DNA of 64,000 nucleotides from NCBI RefSeq assembly GCF_009914755.1, contig NC_060942.1. One strand, given 5' to 3'. Below, in pieces: positions 25,101 through 38,133 of this stretch. A program made the translations under genes and the position numbers. Position 1 is the first letter of the stretch, and each line of letters begins with the position of its first letter. Below the pieces are notes generated by a model, which searched no databases, was not told the DNA's origin, and saw nothing but the letters and a program-made list of their open reading frames with translations. The DNA comes from the human T2T-CHM13v2.0 reference genome, Homo sapiens.

Positions 25101-28100
25101 ATTCAAGTCACAGAGTAGAACATTCCCTTTGGTAGAGCAGGTTTGAAACACTCTTTTTTTAGTATATGGAAGTGGACATTTGGAGCGCTTTCAGGCCTAC
25201 GTTGGAAAAGGAAATATCTTCCCATAACAACTAGACAGAAGCATTCTCAGAAACTAGTTTCTGATGTGTGTCCTCAACTAACACAGTTGAACATTTCTTT
25301 AGACAGAACAGTTTTGAAACACTCTTTTTGTGGAATCTGCAAGTGGCTATTTGGCTAGATTTGAGGATTTCGTTGGAAACGGGATTACATATAAAAAGCA
25401 GACAGCAGCATTCTCAGAAAGTTCTTTGTGATGATTGCATTCAAGTCACAGAATTGAACATTCCCTTTCACAGAGCAGGTTTCAAAAACACTCTTTTTGT
25501 AGTGTGTGTAAGTGGACATTTGGAGCACTTTCCGGCCTAAGGTGAAAAAGGGAATATCTTCCCATAAAAACTAGACAGAAGCATTCTCAGAAACTTACTC
25601 GTGATGTGTGTCCTCAACTAAAGGAGTAGAACCTTTGTTTTCATAGAGAAGTTTTGAAACGCTCTTTTTGTGGAATCTGCAAGTGGATATTTGGCTAGTT
25701 TGGAGGATTTCGTTGGAAGCGGGAATTCATACAAATTGCCGACTGCAGCGTTCTGAGAAACATCTTTGTGATGTTTGTATTCAGGACACAGAGTTGAACA
25801 TTCCCTATCATAGAGCAGGTTGGAATCACTCCTTTTGTAGTATCTGGAAGTGGACATTTGGAGCGCTTTCAGGCCTATGTTGGAAAAGGAAATATCTTCC
25901 CATAACAACTAGACAGAAGCATTCTCAGAAACTTATTTGAGATGTGTGTACTCAACTAAGAGAATTGAACCACCGTTTTGAAGGAGCAGTTTTGAAACAC
26001 TCTTTTTCTGGAATCTGCAAGTGGATATTTGGCTAGCTTTGGGGATTTCGCTGGAGGCGGGAATACATATAAAAAGCACACAGCAGCGTTCTGAGAAACT
26101 GCTTTCTGATGTTTGCATTCAAGTCAAAAGTTGAACACTCCCTTTCATAGAGCAGTCCTGAAACACTCCTTTTGTAGTATCTGGAACTGGACTTTTGGAG
26201 CGCTTTCAGGGCTAAGGTGAAAAAGGAAATATCTTCCCATAAAAACTGGACAGAAGCATTCTCAGAAACTTGTTTATGCTGTATCTACTCAACTAACAAA
26301 GTTGAACCTTTCTTTTGATAGAGCAGTTTTGAAATGCTCTTTTTGTGGAATCTGCAAGTGGATATTTGGCTAGTTTTGAGGATTTCGTTGGAAGCGGGAA
26401 TTCATACAAATTGCAGACTGCAGCGTTCTGAGAAACAGCTTTGTGATGTTTGTATTCAGGACAGAGAGTTGAACATTCCCTATCATAGAGCAGGTTGGAA
26501 TCACTCCTTTTGTAGTATCTGGAAGTGGACATTTGGAGCGCTTTCTGGCCTATGTTGAAAAAGGAAATATCTTCCCATAACAACTAGACACAAGCATTCT
26601 CAGAAACTTGTTTGTGATGTGTGCCCTCTACTGACAGAGTTGAACCTTTCTTTTCATAGAGCAGTTTTGAAACACTCTTTTTGTAGAATCTGCAAGAGGA
26701 TATTTGCATAGCTTTGAGGATTTCGTGGGAAACGGGATTGTCTTCAGGTAAAATCTAGACAGAAGCATTCTCAGAAACTTCTTTGGGATGTTTGCATTCA
26801 AGTCACAGAGTAGAACATTCCCTTTGGTAGAGCAGGTTTGAAACACTCTTTTTGTAGTATCTGGAAGTGGACATTTGGAGCGCTTTCAGGCCTATGTTGG
26901 AAAGGGAAATATCTTCCCGTAACAACTAGGCAGAAGCATTCTCAGAAACTTATTTGAGATGTGTGTACTCAACTAAGAGAATTGAACCACCGTTTTGAAG
27001 GAGCAGTTTTGAAACACTCTTTTTCTGGAATCTGCAAGAGGATATTTGCCTAGCCTTGAGGATTTCGTTGGAAACGGGATTGTCTTCAGATCAAATCTAG
27101 ACAGAAGCATTCTCAGAAACTTCTTTGGGATGTTTGCATTCAAGTCACGGAGTAGAACATTCCCTTTGGTAGAGCAGGTTTGAAACACTCTTTTTTTAGT
27201 ATATGGAAGTGGACATTTGGAGCGCTTTCAGGCCTACGTTGGAAAAGGAAATATCTTCCCATAACAACTAGACAGAAGCATTCTCAGAAACTAGTTTCTG
27301 ATATGTGTCCTCAACTAACACAGTTGAACATTTCTTTAGACAGAACAGTTTTGAAACACTCTTTTTGTGGAATCTGCAAGTGGCTATTTGGCTAGATTTG
27401 AGGATTTCGTTGGAAACGGGATTACATATAAAAAGCAGACAGCAGCATTCTCAGAAAGTTCTTTGTGATGATTGCATTCAAGTCACAGAATTGAACATTC
27501 CCTTTCACAGAGCAGGTTTGAAACACTCTTTTTGTAGTGTGTGTAAGTGGACATTTGGAGCACTTTCCGGCCTAAGGTGAAAAAGGAAATATCTTCCCAT
27601 AAAAACTAGACAGAAGCATTCTCAGAAACTTACTCGTGATGTGTGTCCTCAACTAAAGGAGTAGAACCTTTCTTTTCATAGAGAAGTTTTGAAACGCTCT
27701 TTTTGTGGAATCTGCAAGTGGATATTTGGCTAGTTTGGAGGATTTCGTTGGAAGCGGGAATTCATACAAATTGCAGACTGCAGCGTTCTGAGAAACATCT
27801 TTGTGATGTTTGTATTCAGGACACAGAGTTGAACATTCCCTATCATAGAGCAGGTTGGAATCACTCCTTTTGTAGTATCTGGAAGTGGACATTTGGAGCG
27901 CTTTCAGGCCTATGTTGGAAAAGGAAATATCTTCCCATAACCACTAGACAGAAGCATTCTCAGAAACTTATTTGAGATGTGTGTACTCAACTAAGAGAAT
28001 TGAACCACCGTTTTGAAGGAGCAGTTTTGAAACACTCTTTTTCTGGAATCTGCAAGTGGATATTTGGCTAGCTTTGGGGATTTCGCTGGAAGCGGGAATA

Positions 28101-31100
28101 CATATAAAAAGCACACAGCAGCGTTCTGAGAAACTGCTTTCTGATGTTTGCATTCAAGTCAAAAGTTGAACACTCCCTTTCATAGAGCAGTCCTGAAACA
28201 CTCCTTTTGTAGTATCTGGAACTGGACTTTTGGAGCGCTTTCAGGGCTAAGGTGAAAAAGGAAATATCTTCCCATAAAAACTGGACAGAAGCATTCTCAG
28301 AAACTTGTTTATGCTGTATCTACTCAACTAACAAAGTTGAACCTTTCTTTTGATAGAGCAGTTTTGAAATGCTCTTTTTGTGGAATCTGCAAGTGGATAT
28401 TTGGCTAGTTTTGAGGATTTCATTGGAAGCGGGAATTCATACAAATTGCAGACTGCAGCGTTCTGAGAAACATCTTTGTGATGTTTGTATTCAGGACAGA
28501 GAGTTGAACATTCCCTATCATAGAGCAGGTTGGAATCACTCCTTTTGTAGTATCTGGAAGTGGACATTTGGAGCGCTTTCAGGCCTATGTTGAAAAAGGA
28601 AATATCTTCCCATAACAACTAGACACAAGCATTCTCAGAAACTTGTTTGTGATGTGTGCCCTCTACTGACAGAGTTGAACCTTTCTTTTCATAGAGCAGT
28701 TTTGAAACACTCTTTTTGTAGAATCTGCAAGAGGATATTTGCATAGCTTTGAGGATTACGTGGGAAACGGGATTGTCTTCAGGTAAAATCTAGACAGAAG
28801 CATTCTCAGAAACTTCTTTGGGATGTTTGCATTCAAGTCACAGAGTAGAACATTCCCTTTGGTAGAGTAGGTTTGAAACACACTTTTTGTAGTATCTGGA
28901 AGTGGACATTTGGAGCGTTTTCAGGCCTATGTTGGAAAGGGAAATATCTTCCCGTAACAACTAGGCAGAAGCATTCTCAGAAACTTATTTGAGATGTGTG
29001 TACTCAACTAAGAGAATTGAACCACCGTTTTGAAGGAGCAGTTTTGAAACACTCTTTTTCTGGAATCTGCAAGAGGATATTTGCCTAGCCTTGAGGATTT
29101 CGTTGGAAACGGGATTGTCTTCAGATCAAATCTAGACAGAAGCATTCTCAGAAACTTCTTTGGGATGTTTGCATTCAAGTCACAGAGTAGAACATTCCCT
29201 TTGGTAGAGCAGGTTTGAAACACTCTTTTTTTAGTATATGGAAGTGGACATTTGGAGCGCATTCAGGCCTACGTTGGAAAAGGAAATATCTTCCCATAAC
29301 AACTAGACAGAAGCATTCTCAGAAACTAGTTTCTGATGTGTGTCCTCAACTAACACAGTTGCACATTTCTTTAGACAGAACAGTTTTGAAACACTCTTTT
29401 TGTGGAATCTGCAAGTGGCTATTTGGCTAGATTTGAGGATTTCGTTGGAAACGGGATTACATATAAAAAGCAGTCAGCAGCATTCTCAGAAACTTCTTTG
29501 TGATGATTGCATTCAAGTCACAGAATTGAACATTCCCTTTCACAGAGCAGGTTTGAAATACTCTTTTTTAGTGTGTGTAATTGGACATTTGGAGCACTTT
29601 CCGGCCTAAGGTGGAAAAGGAAATATCTTCCCATAAAAACTAGACAGAAGCATTCTCAGAAACTTACTCGTGATGTGTGTCCTCCACTAAATGAGTAGAA
29701 CCTTTCTTTTCATAGAGAAGTTTTGAAACGCTCTTTTTGTAGAATCTGCAAGAGGATATTTGCATAGCTTTGAGGATTTCGTGGGAAACGGGATTGTCTT
29801 CAGGTAAAATCTAGACAGAAGCATTCTCAGAAACTTCTTTGGGATGTTTGCATTCAAGTCACAGAGTAGAACATTCCCTTTGGTGGAGCAGGTTTGAAAC
29901 ACTCTTTTTGTAGTATCTGGAAGTGGACATTTGGAGCGCTTTCAGGCCTATGTTGGAAAAGGAAATATCTTCCCGTAACAACTAGGCAGAAGCATTCTCA
30001 GAAACTTATTTGAGATGTGTGTACTCAACTAAGAGAATTGAATCACCGTTTTGAAGGAGCAGTTTTGAAACACTCTTTTTCTGGAATCTGCAAGAGTATA
30101 TTTGCCTAGCCTTGAGGATTTCGTTGGAAAAGGGATTGTCTTTAGATCAAATCTAGACAGAAGCATTCTCAGAAACTTCTTTGGGATGTTTGCATTCAAG
30201 TCACAGAGTAGAACATTCCCTTTGGTAGAGCAGGTTTGAAACACTCTTTTTTTAGTATATGGAAGTGGACATTTGGAGCGCTTTCAGGCCTACGTTGGAA
30301 AAGGAAATATCTTCCCATAACAACTAGACAGAAGCATTCTCAGAAACTAGTTTCTGATGTGTGTCCTCAACTAACACAGTTGAACATTTCTTTAGACAGA
30401 ACAGTTTTGAAACACTCTTTTTGTGGAATCTGCAAGTGGCTATTTGGCTAGATTTGAGGATTTCGTTGGAAACGGGATTACATATAAAAAGCAGACAGCA
30501 GCATTCTCAGAAAGTTCTTTGTGATGATTGCATTCAAGTCACAGAATTGAACATTCCCTTTCACAGAGCAGGTTTCAAAAACACTCTTTTTGTAGTGTGT
30601 GTAAGTGGACATTTGGAGCACTTTCCGGCCTAAGGTGAAAAAGGGAATATCTTCCCATAAAAACTAGACAGAAGCATTCTCAGAAACTTACTCGTGATGT
30701 GTGTCCTCAACTAAAGGAGTAGAACCTTTGTTTTCATAGAGAAGTTTTGAAACGCTCTTTTTGTGGAATCTGCAAGTGGATATTTGGCTAGTTTGGAGGA
30801 TTTCGTTGGAAGCGGGAATTCATACAAATTGCCGACTGCAGCGTTCTGAGAAACATCTTTGTGATGTTTGTATTCAGGACACAGAGTTGAACATTCCCTA
30901 TCATAGAGCAGGTTTGAATCACTCCTTTTGTAGTATCTGGAAGTGGACATTTGGAGCGCTTTCAGGCCTATGTTGGAAAAGGAAATATCTTCCCATAACA
31001 ACTAGACAGAAGCATTCTCAGAAACTTATTTGAGATGTGTGTACTCAACTAAGAGAATTGAACCACCGTTTTGAAGGAGCAGTTTTGAAACACTCTTTTT

Positions 31101-32400
31101 CTGGAATCTGCAAGTGGATATTTGGCTAGCTTTGGGGATTTCGCTGGAAGCGGGAATACATATAAAAAGCACACAGCAGCGTTCTGAGAAACTGCTTTCT
31201 GATGTTTGCATTCAAGTCAAAAGTTGAACACTCCCTTTCATAGAGCAGTCCTGAAACACTCCTTTTGTAGTATCTGGAACTGGACTTTTGGAGCGCTTTC
31301 AGGGCTAAGGTGAAAAAGGAAATATCTTCCCATAAAAACTGGACAGAAGCATTCTCAGAAACTTGTTTATGCTGTATCTACTCAACTAACAAAGTTGAAC
31401 CTTTCTTTTGATAGAGCAGTTTTGAAATGCTCTTTTTGTGGAATCTGCAAGTGGATATTTGGCTAGTTTTGAGGATTTCGTTGGAAGCGGGAATTCATAC
31501 AAATTGCAGACTGCAGCGTTCTGAGAAACATCTTTGTGATGTTTGTATTCAGGACAGAGAGTTGAACATTCCCTATCATAGAGCAGGTTGGAATCACTCC
31601 TTTTGTAGTATCTGGAAGTGGACATTTGGAGCGCTTTCTGGCCTATGTTGAAAAAGGAAATATCTTCCCATAACAACTAGACACAAGCATTCTCAGAAAC
31701 TTGTTTGTGATGTGTGCCCTCTACTGACAGAGTTGAACCTTTGTTTTCATAGAGCAGTTTTGAAACACTCTTTTTGTAGAATCTGCAAGAGGATATTTGC
31801 ATAGCTTTGAGGATTTCGTGGGAAACGGGATTGTCTTCAGGTAAAATCTAGACAGAAGCATTCTCAGAAACTTCTTTGGGATGTTTGCATTCAAGTCACA
31901 GAGTAGAACATTCCCTTTGGTAGAGCAGGTTTGAAACACTCTTTTTGTAGTATCTGGAAGTGGACATTTGGAGCGCTTTCAGGCCTATGTTGGAAAGGGA
32001 AATATCTTCCCGTAACAACTAGGCAGAAGCATTCTCAGAAACTTATTTGAGATGTGTGTACTCAACTAAGAGAATTGAATCACCGTTTTGAAGGAGCAGT
32101 TTTGAAACACTCTTTTTCTGGAATCTGCAAGAGGATATTTGCCTAGCCTTGAGGATTTCGTTGGAAACGGGATTGTCTTCAGATCAAATCTAGACAGAAG
32201 CATTCTCAGAAACTTCTTTGGGATGTTTGCATTCAAGTCACGGAGTAGAACATTCCCTTTGGTAGAGCAGGTTTGAAACACTCTTTTTTTAGTATATGGA
32301 AGTGGACATTTGGAGCGCTTTCAGGCCTACGTTGGAAAAGGAAATATCTTCCCATAACAACTAGACAGAAGCATTCTCAGAAACTAGTTTCTGATATGTG
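19130..32400 (+). repeat. 5093-bp (30-monomer) super-repeat, about 2.6 copies
   Basis: B at 20840, 25933 and 31026. The 2-bp-longer ggtttcaaaaacac occurs at 20390, 25483 and 30576, and the broken box ttcgttggaaaaggga at 19933, 25026 and 30119. Ends are approximate. Confidence 0.88.
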
Positions 32401-35400
32401 TCCTCAACTAACACAGTTGTACATTTCTTTAGACAGAACAGTTTTGAAACACTCTTTTTGTGGAATCTGCAAGTGGCTATTTGGCTAGATTTGAGGATTT
32501 CGTTGGAAACGGGATTACATATAAAAAGCAGACAGCAGCATTCTCAGAAAGTTCTTTGTGATGATTGCATTCAAGTCACAGAATTGAACATTCCCTTTCA
32601 CAGAGCAGGTTTGAAACACTCTTTTTATAGTGTGTGTAAGTGGACATTTGGAGCACTTTCCGGCCTAAGGTGAAAAAGGAAATATCTTCCCATAAAAACT
32701 AGACAGAAGCATTCTCAGAAACTTACTCGTGATGTGTGTCCTCAACTAAAGGAGTAGAACCTTTGTTTTCATAGAGAAGTTTTGAAACGCTCTTTTTGTG
32801 GAATCTGCAAGTGGATATTTGTCTAGTTTTGAGGATTTCGTTGGAAGCGGGAATTCATACAAATTGCAGACTGCAGCGTTCTGAGAAACATCTTTGTGAT
32901 GTTTGTATTCAGGACACAGAGTTGAACATTCCCTATCATAGAGCAGGTTGGAATCACTCCTTTTGTAGTATCTGGAAGTGGACATTTGGAGCGCTTTCAG
33001 GCCTATGTTGGAAAAGGAAATATCTTCCCATAACAACTAGACAGAAGCATTCTCAGAAACTTATTTGAGATGTGTGTACTCAACTAAGAGAATTGAACCA
33101 CCGTTTTGAAGGAGCAGTTTTGAAACACTCTTTTTCTGGAATCTGCAAGTGGATATTTGGCTAGCTTTGGGGATTTCGCTGGAGGCGGGAATACATATAA
33201 AAAGCACACAGCAGCGTTCTGAGAAACTGCTTTCTGATGTTTGCATTCAAGTCAAAAGTTGAACACTCCCTTTCATAGAGCAGTCCTGAAACACTCCTTT
33301 TGTAGTATCTGGAACTGGACTTTTGGAGCGCTTTCAGGGCTAAGGTGAAAAAGGAAATATCTTCCCATAAAAACTGGACAGAAGCATTCTCAGAAACTTG
33401 TTTATGCTGTATCTACTCAACTAACAAAGTTGAACCTTTCTTTTGATAGAGCAGTTTTGAAATGCTCTTTTTGTGGAATCTGCAAGTGGATATTTGGCTA
33501 GTTTTGAGGATTTCGTTGGAAGCGGGAATTCATACAAATTGCAGACTGCAGCGTTCTGAGAAACATCTTTGTGATGTTTGTATGCAGGACAGAGAGTTGA
33601 ACATTCCCTATCATAGAGCAGGTTGGAATCACTCCTTTTGTAGTATCTGGAAGTGGACATTTGGAGCGCTTTCTGGCCTATGTTGAAAAAGGAAATATCT
33701 TCCCATAACAACTAGACACAAGCATTCTCAGAAACTTGTTTGTGATGTGTGCCCTCTACTGACAGAGTTGAACCTTTCTTTTCATAGAGCAGTTTTGAAA
33801 CACTCTTTTTGTAGAATCTGCAAGAGGATATTTGCATAGCTTTGAGGATTTCGTGGGAAACGGGATTGTCTTCAGGTAAAATCTAGACAGAAGCATTCTC
33901 AGAAACTTCTTCGGGATGTTTGCATTCAAGTCACAGAGTAGAACATTCCCTTTGGTAGAGCAGGTTTGAAACACTCTTTTTGTAGTATCTGGAAGTGGAC
34001 ATTTGGAGCGCTTTCAGGCCCATGTTGGAAAGGGAAATATCTTCCCGTAACAACTAGGCAGAAGCATTCTCAGAAACTTATTTGAGATGTGTGTACTCAA
34101 CTAAGAGAATTGAACCACCGTTTTGAAGGAGCAGTTTTGAAACACTCTTTTTCTGGAATCTGCAAGAGGATATTTGCCTAGCTTTGAGGATTTCGTTGGA
34201 AACGGGATTGTGTTCAGATCAAATCTAGACAGAAGCATTCTCAGAAACTTCTTTGGGATGTTTGCATTCAAGTCACAGAGTAGAACATTCCCTTTGGTAG
34301 AGCAGGTGTTAAACACTCTTTTTTTAGTATATGGAAGTGGACATTTGGAGCGCTTTCAGGCCTACGTTGGAAAAGGAAATATCTTCCCATAACAACTAGA
34401 CAGAAGCATTCTCAGAAACTAGTTTCTGATGTGTGTCCTCAACTAACACAGTTGAACATTTCTTTAGACAGAACAGTTTTGAAACACTCTTTTTGTGGAA
34501 TCTGCAAGTGGCTATTTGGCTAGATTTGAGGATTTCGTTGGAAACGGGATTACATATAAAAAGCAGACAGCAGCATTCTCAGAAAGTTCTTTGTGATGAT
34601 TGCATTCAAGTCACAGAATTGAACATTCCCTTTCACAGAGCAGGTTTGAAACACTCTTTTTGTAGTGTGTGTAAGTGGACATTTGGAGCACTTTCCGGCC
34701 TAAGGTGAGAAAGGAAATATCTTCCCATAAAAACTAGACAGAAGCATTCTCAGAAACTTACTCGTGATGTGTGTCCTCAACTAAAGGAGTAGAACCTTTC
34801 TTTCATAGAGAAGTTTTGAAACGCTCTTTTTGTGGAATCTGCAAGTGGATATTTGGCTAGTTTGGAGGATTTCGTTGGAAGCGGGAATTCATACAAATTG
34901 CAGACTGCAGCGTTCTGAGAAACATCTTTGTGATGTTTGTATTCAGGACACAGAGTTGAACATTCCCTATCATAGAGCAGGTTTGAATCACTCCTTTTGT
35001 AGTATCTGGAAGTGGACATTTGGAGCGCTTTCAGGCCTATGTTGGAAAAGGAAATATCTTCCCATAACAACTAGACAGAAGCATTCTCAGAAACTTATTT
35101 GAGATGTGTGTACTCAACTAAGAGAATTGAACCACCGTTTTGAAGGAGCAGTTTTGAAACACTCTTTTTCTGGAATCTGCAAGTGGATATTTGGCTAGCT
35201 TTGGGGATTTCGCTGGAAGCGGGAATACATATAAAAAGCACACAGCAGCGTTCTGAGAAACTGCTTTCTGATGTTTGCATTCAAGTCAAAAGTTGAACAC
35301 TCCCTTTCATAGAGCAGTCCTGAAACACTCCTTTTGTAGTATCTGGAACTGCACTTTTGGAGCGCTTTCAGGGCTAAGGTGAAAAAGGAAATATCTTCCC

Positions 35401-36778
35401 ATAAAAACTGGACAGAAGCATTCTCAGAAACTTGTTTATGCTGTATCTACTCAACTAACAAAGTTGAACCTTTCTTTTGATAGAGCAGTTTTGAAATGCT
35501 CTTTTTGTGGAATCTGCAAGTGGATATTTGGCTAGTTTTGAGGATTTCGTTGGAAGCTGGAATTCATACAAATTGCAGACTGCAGCGTTCTGAGAAACAT
35601 CTTTGTGATGTTTGTATTCAGGACAGAGAGTTGAACATTCCCTATCATAGAGCAGGTTGGAATCACTCCTTTTGTAGTATCTGGAAGTGGACATTTGGAG
35701 CGCTTTCAGGCCTATGTTGAAAAAGGAAATATCTTCCCATAACAACTAGACACAAGCATTCTCAGAAACTTGTTTGTGATGTGTGCCCTCTACTGACAGA
35801 TTTGAACCTTTCTTTTCATAGAGCAGTTTTGAAACACTCTTTTTGTAGAATCTGCAAGAGGATATTTGCATAGCTTTGAGGATTTCGTGGGAAACGGGAT
35901 TGTCTTCAGGTAAAATCTAGACAGAAGCATTCTCAGAAACTTCTTTGGGATGTTTGCATTCAAGTCACAGAGTAGAACATTCCCTTTGGTAGAGCAGGTT
36001 TGAAACACTCTTTTTGTAGTATCTGGAAGTGGACATTTGGAGCGCTTTCAGGCCTATGTTGGAAAGGGAAATATCTTCCCGTAACAACTAGGCAGAAGCA
36101 TTCTCAGAAACTTATTTGAGATGTGTGTACTCAACTAAGAGAATTGAACCACCGTTTTGAAGGAGCAGTTTTGAAACACTCTTTTTCTGGAATCTGCAAG
36201 AGGATATTTGCCTAGCCTTGAGGATTTCGTTGGAAACGGGATTTTCTTCAGATAAAATCTAGACAGAAGCATTCTCAGAAACTTCTTTGGGATGTTTGCA
36301 TTCAAGTCACAGAGTAGAACATTCCCTTTGGTAGAGCAGGTTTGAAACACTCTTTTTTTAGTATATGGAAGTGGACATTTGGAGCGCTTTCAGGCCTACG
36401 TTGGAAAAGGAAATATCTTCCCATAACAACTAGACAGAAGCATTCTCAGAAACTAGTTTCTGATGTGTGTCCTCAACTAACACAGTTGAACATTTCTTTA
36501 GACAGAACAGTTTTGAAACACTCTTTTTGTGGAATCTACAAGTGGATATTTGGCTAGATTTGAGGATTTCGTTGGAAACGGGATTACATATAAAAAGCAG
36601 ACAGCAGCATTCTCAGAAAGTTCTTTGTGATGATTGCATTCAAATCACAGAATTGAACATTCCCTTTCACAGAGGAGGTTTGAAACACTCCTTTTGTAGT
36701 GTGTGTAAGTGGACATTTGGAGCGCTTTCCGGCCTAAGGTGAAAAAGGAAATATCTTCCCATAAAAACTAGACAGAAG

Positions 36779-38133
36779 CATTCTCAGAAACTTACTCGTG
36801 ATGTGTGTCCTCAACTAAAGGAGTAGAACCTTTCTATTCATAGAGAAGTTTTGAAACGCTCTTTTTGTGGAATCTGCAAGTGGATATTTGGCTAGTTTTG
36901 AGGATTTCGTTGGAAGCGGGAATTCATACAAATTGCAGACTGCAGCGTTCTGAGAAACATCTTTGTGATGTTTGTATTCAGGACACAGAGATGAACATTC
37001 CCTATCATAGAGCAGGTTGGAATCACTCCTTTTGTAGTATCTGGGACATTTGGAGCGCTCTCAGGCCTATGTTGAAAAAGGAAATATCTTCCCATAACAA
37101 CTAGACACAAGCATTCTCAGAAACTTGTTTGTGATGTGTGCCCTCTACTGACAGAGTTGAACCTTTCTTTTCATAGAGCAGTTTTGAAACACTCTTTTTG
37201 TAGAATCTGCAAGACGATATATGCATAGCTTTGAGGATTTCGTGGGAAACCGGATTGTCTTCAGGTAAAATCTAGACAGAAGCATTCTCAGAAACTTCTT
37301 TGGGATGTTTGCATTCAAGTCACAGAGTAGAACATTCCCTTTGGTAGAGCAGGTTTGAAACACTCTTTTTGTAGTATCTGGAAGTGGACATTTGGAGCGC
37401 TTTCAGGCCCATGTTGGAAAGGGAAATATCTTCCCGTAACAACTAGGCAGAAGCATTCTCAGAAACTTATTTGAGATGTGTGTACTCAACTAAGAGAATT
37501 GAACCACCGTTTTGAAGGAGCAGTTTTGAAACACTCTTTTTCTGGAATCTGCAAGAGTATATTTGCCTAGCCTTGAGGATTTCGTTGGAAACGGGATTGT
37601 CTTCAGATAAAATCTAGACAGAAGCATTCTCAGAAACTTCTTTGGGATGTTTGCATTCAAGTCACAGAGTAGAACATTCCCTTTGGTAGAGCAGGTTTGA
37701 AACACTCTTTTTTTAGTATATGGAAGTGGACATTTGGAGCGCTTTCAGGCCTACGTTGGAAAAGGAAATATCTTCCCATAACAACTAGACAGAAGCATTC
37801 TCAGAAACTAGTTTCTGATGTGTGTCCTCAACTAACACAGTTGTACATTTCTTTAGACAGAACAGTTTTGAAACACTCTTTTTGTGGAATCTGCAAGTGG
37901 CTATTTGGCTAGATTTGAGGATTTCGTTGGAAACGGGATTACATATAAAAAGCAGACAGCAGCATTCTCAGAAAGTTCTTTGTGATGATTGCATTCAAGT
38001 CACAGAATTGAACATTCCCTTTCACAGAGCAGGTTTGAAACACTCTTTTTGTAGTGTGTGTAAGTGGACATTTGGAGCACTTTCTGGCCTAAGGTGAAAA
38101 AGGAAATATCTTCCCATAAAAACTAGACAGAAG
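36779..38133 (+). repeat. 8-mer variant with 5-bp deletion (1355 bp); also 47625-48979 and 53050-54404
   Basis: ctgggacatt replaces ctggaagtggacatt at 37041, 47887 and 53312. B-to-B distance 3390 = 2035+1355 occurs three times. Confidence 0.9.

Noticed and set aside
17821-34805. 1-bp deletions in A1 at ~17826 and ~34801 as a shared marker
   Set aside because: They fall in different T runs (gaaccttctttt versus gaacctttctttc), so they are independent, and homopolymer indels may be sequencing errors.
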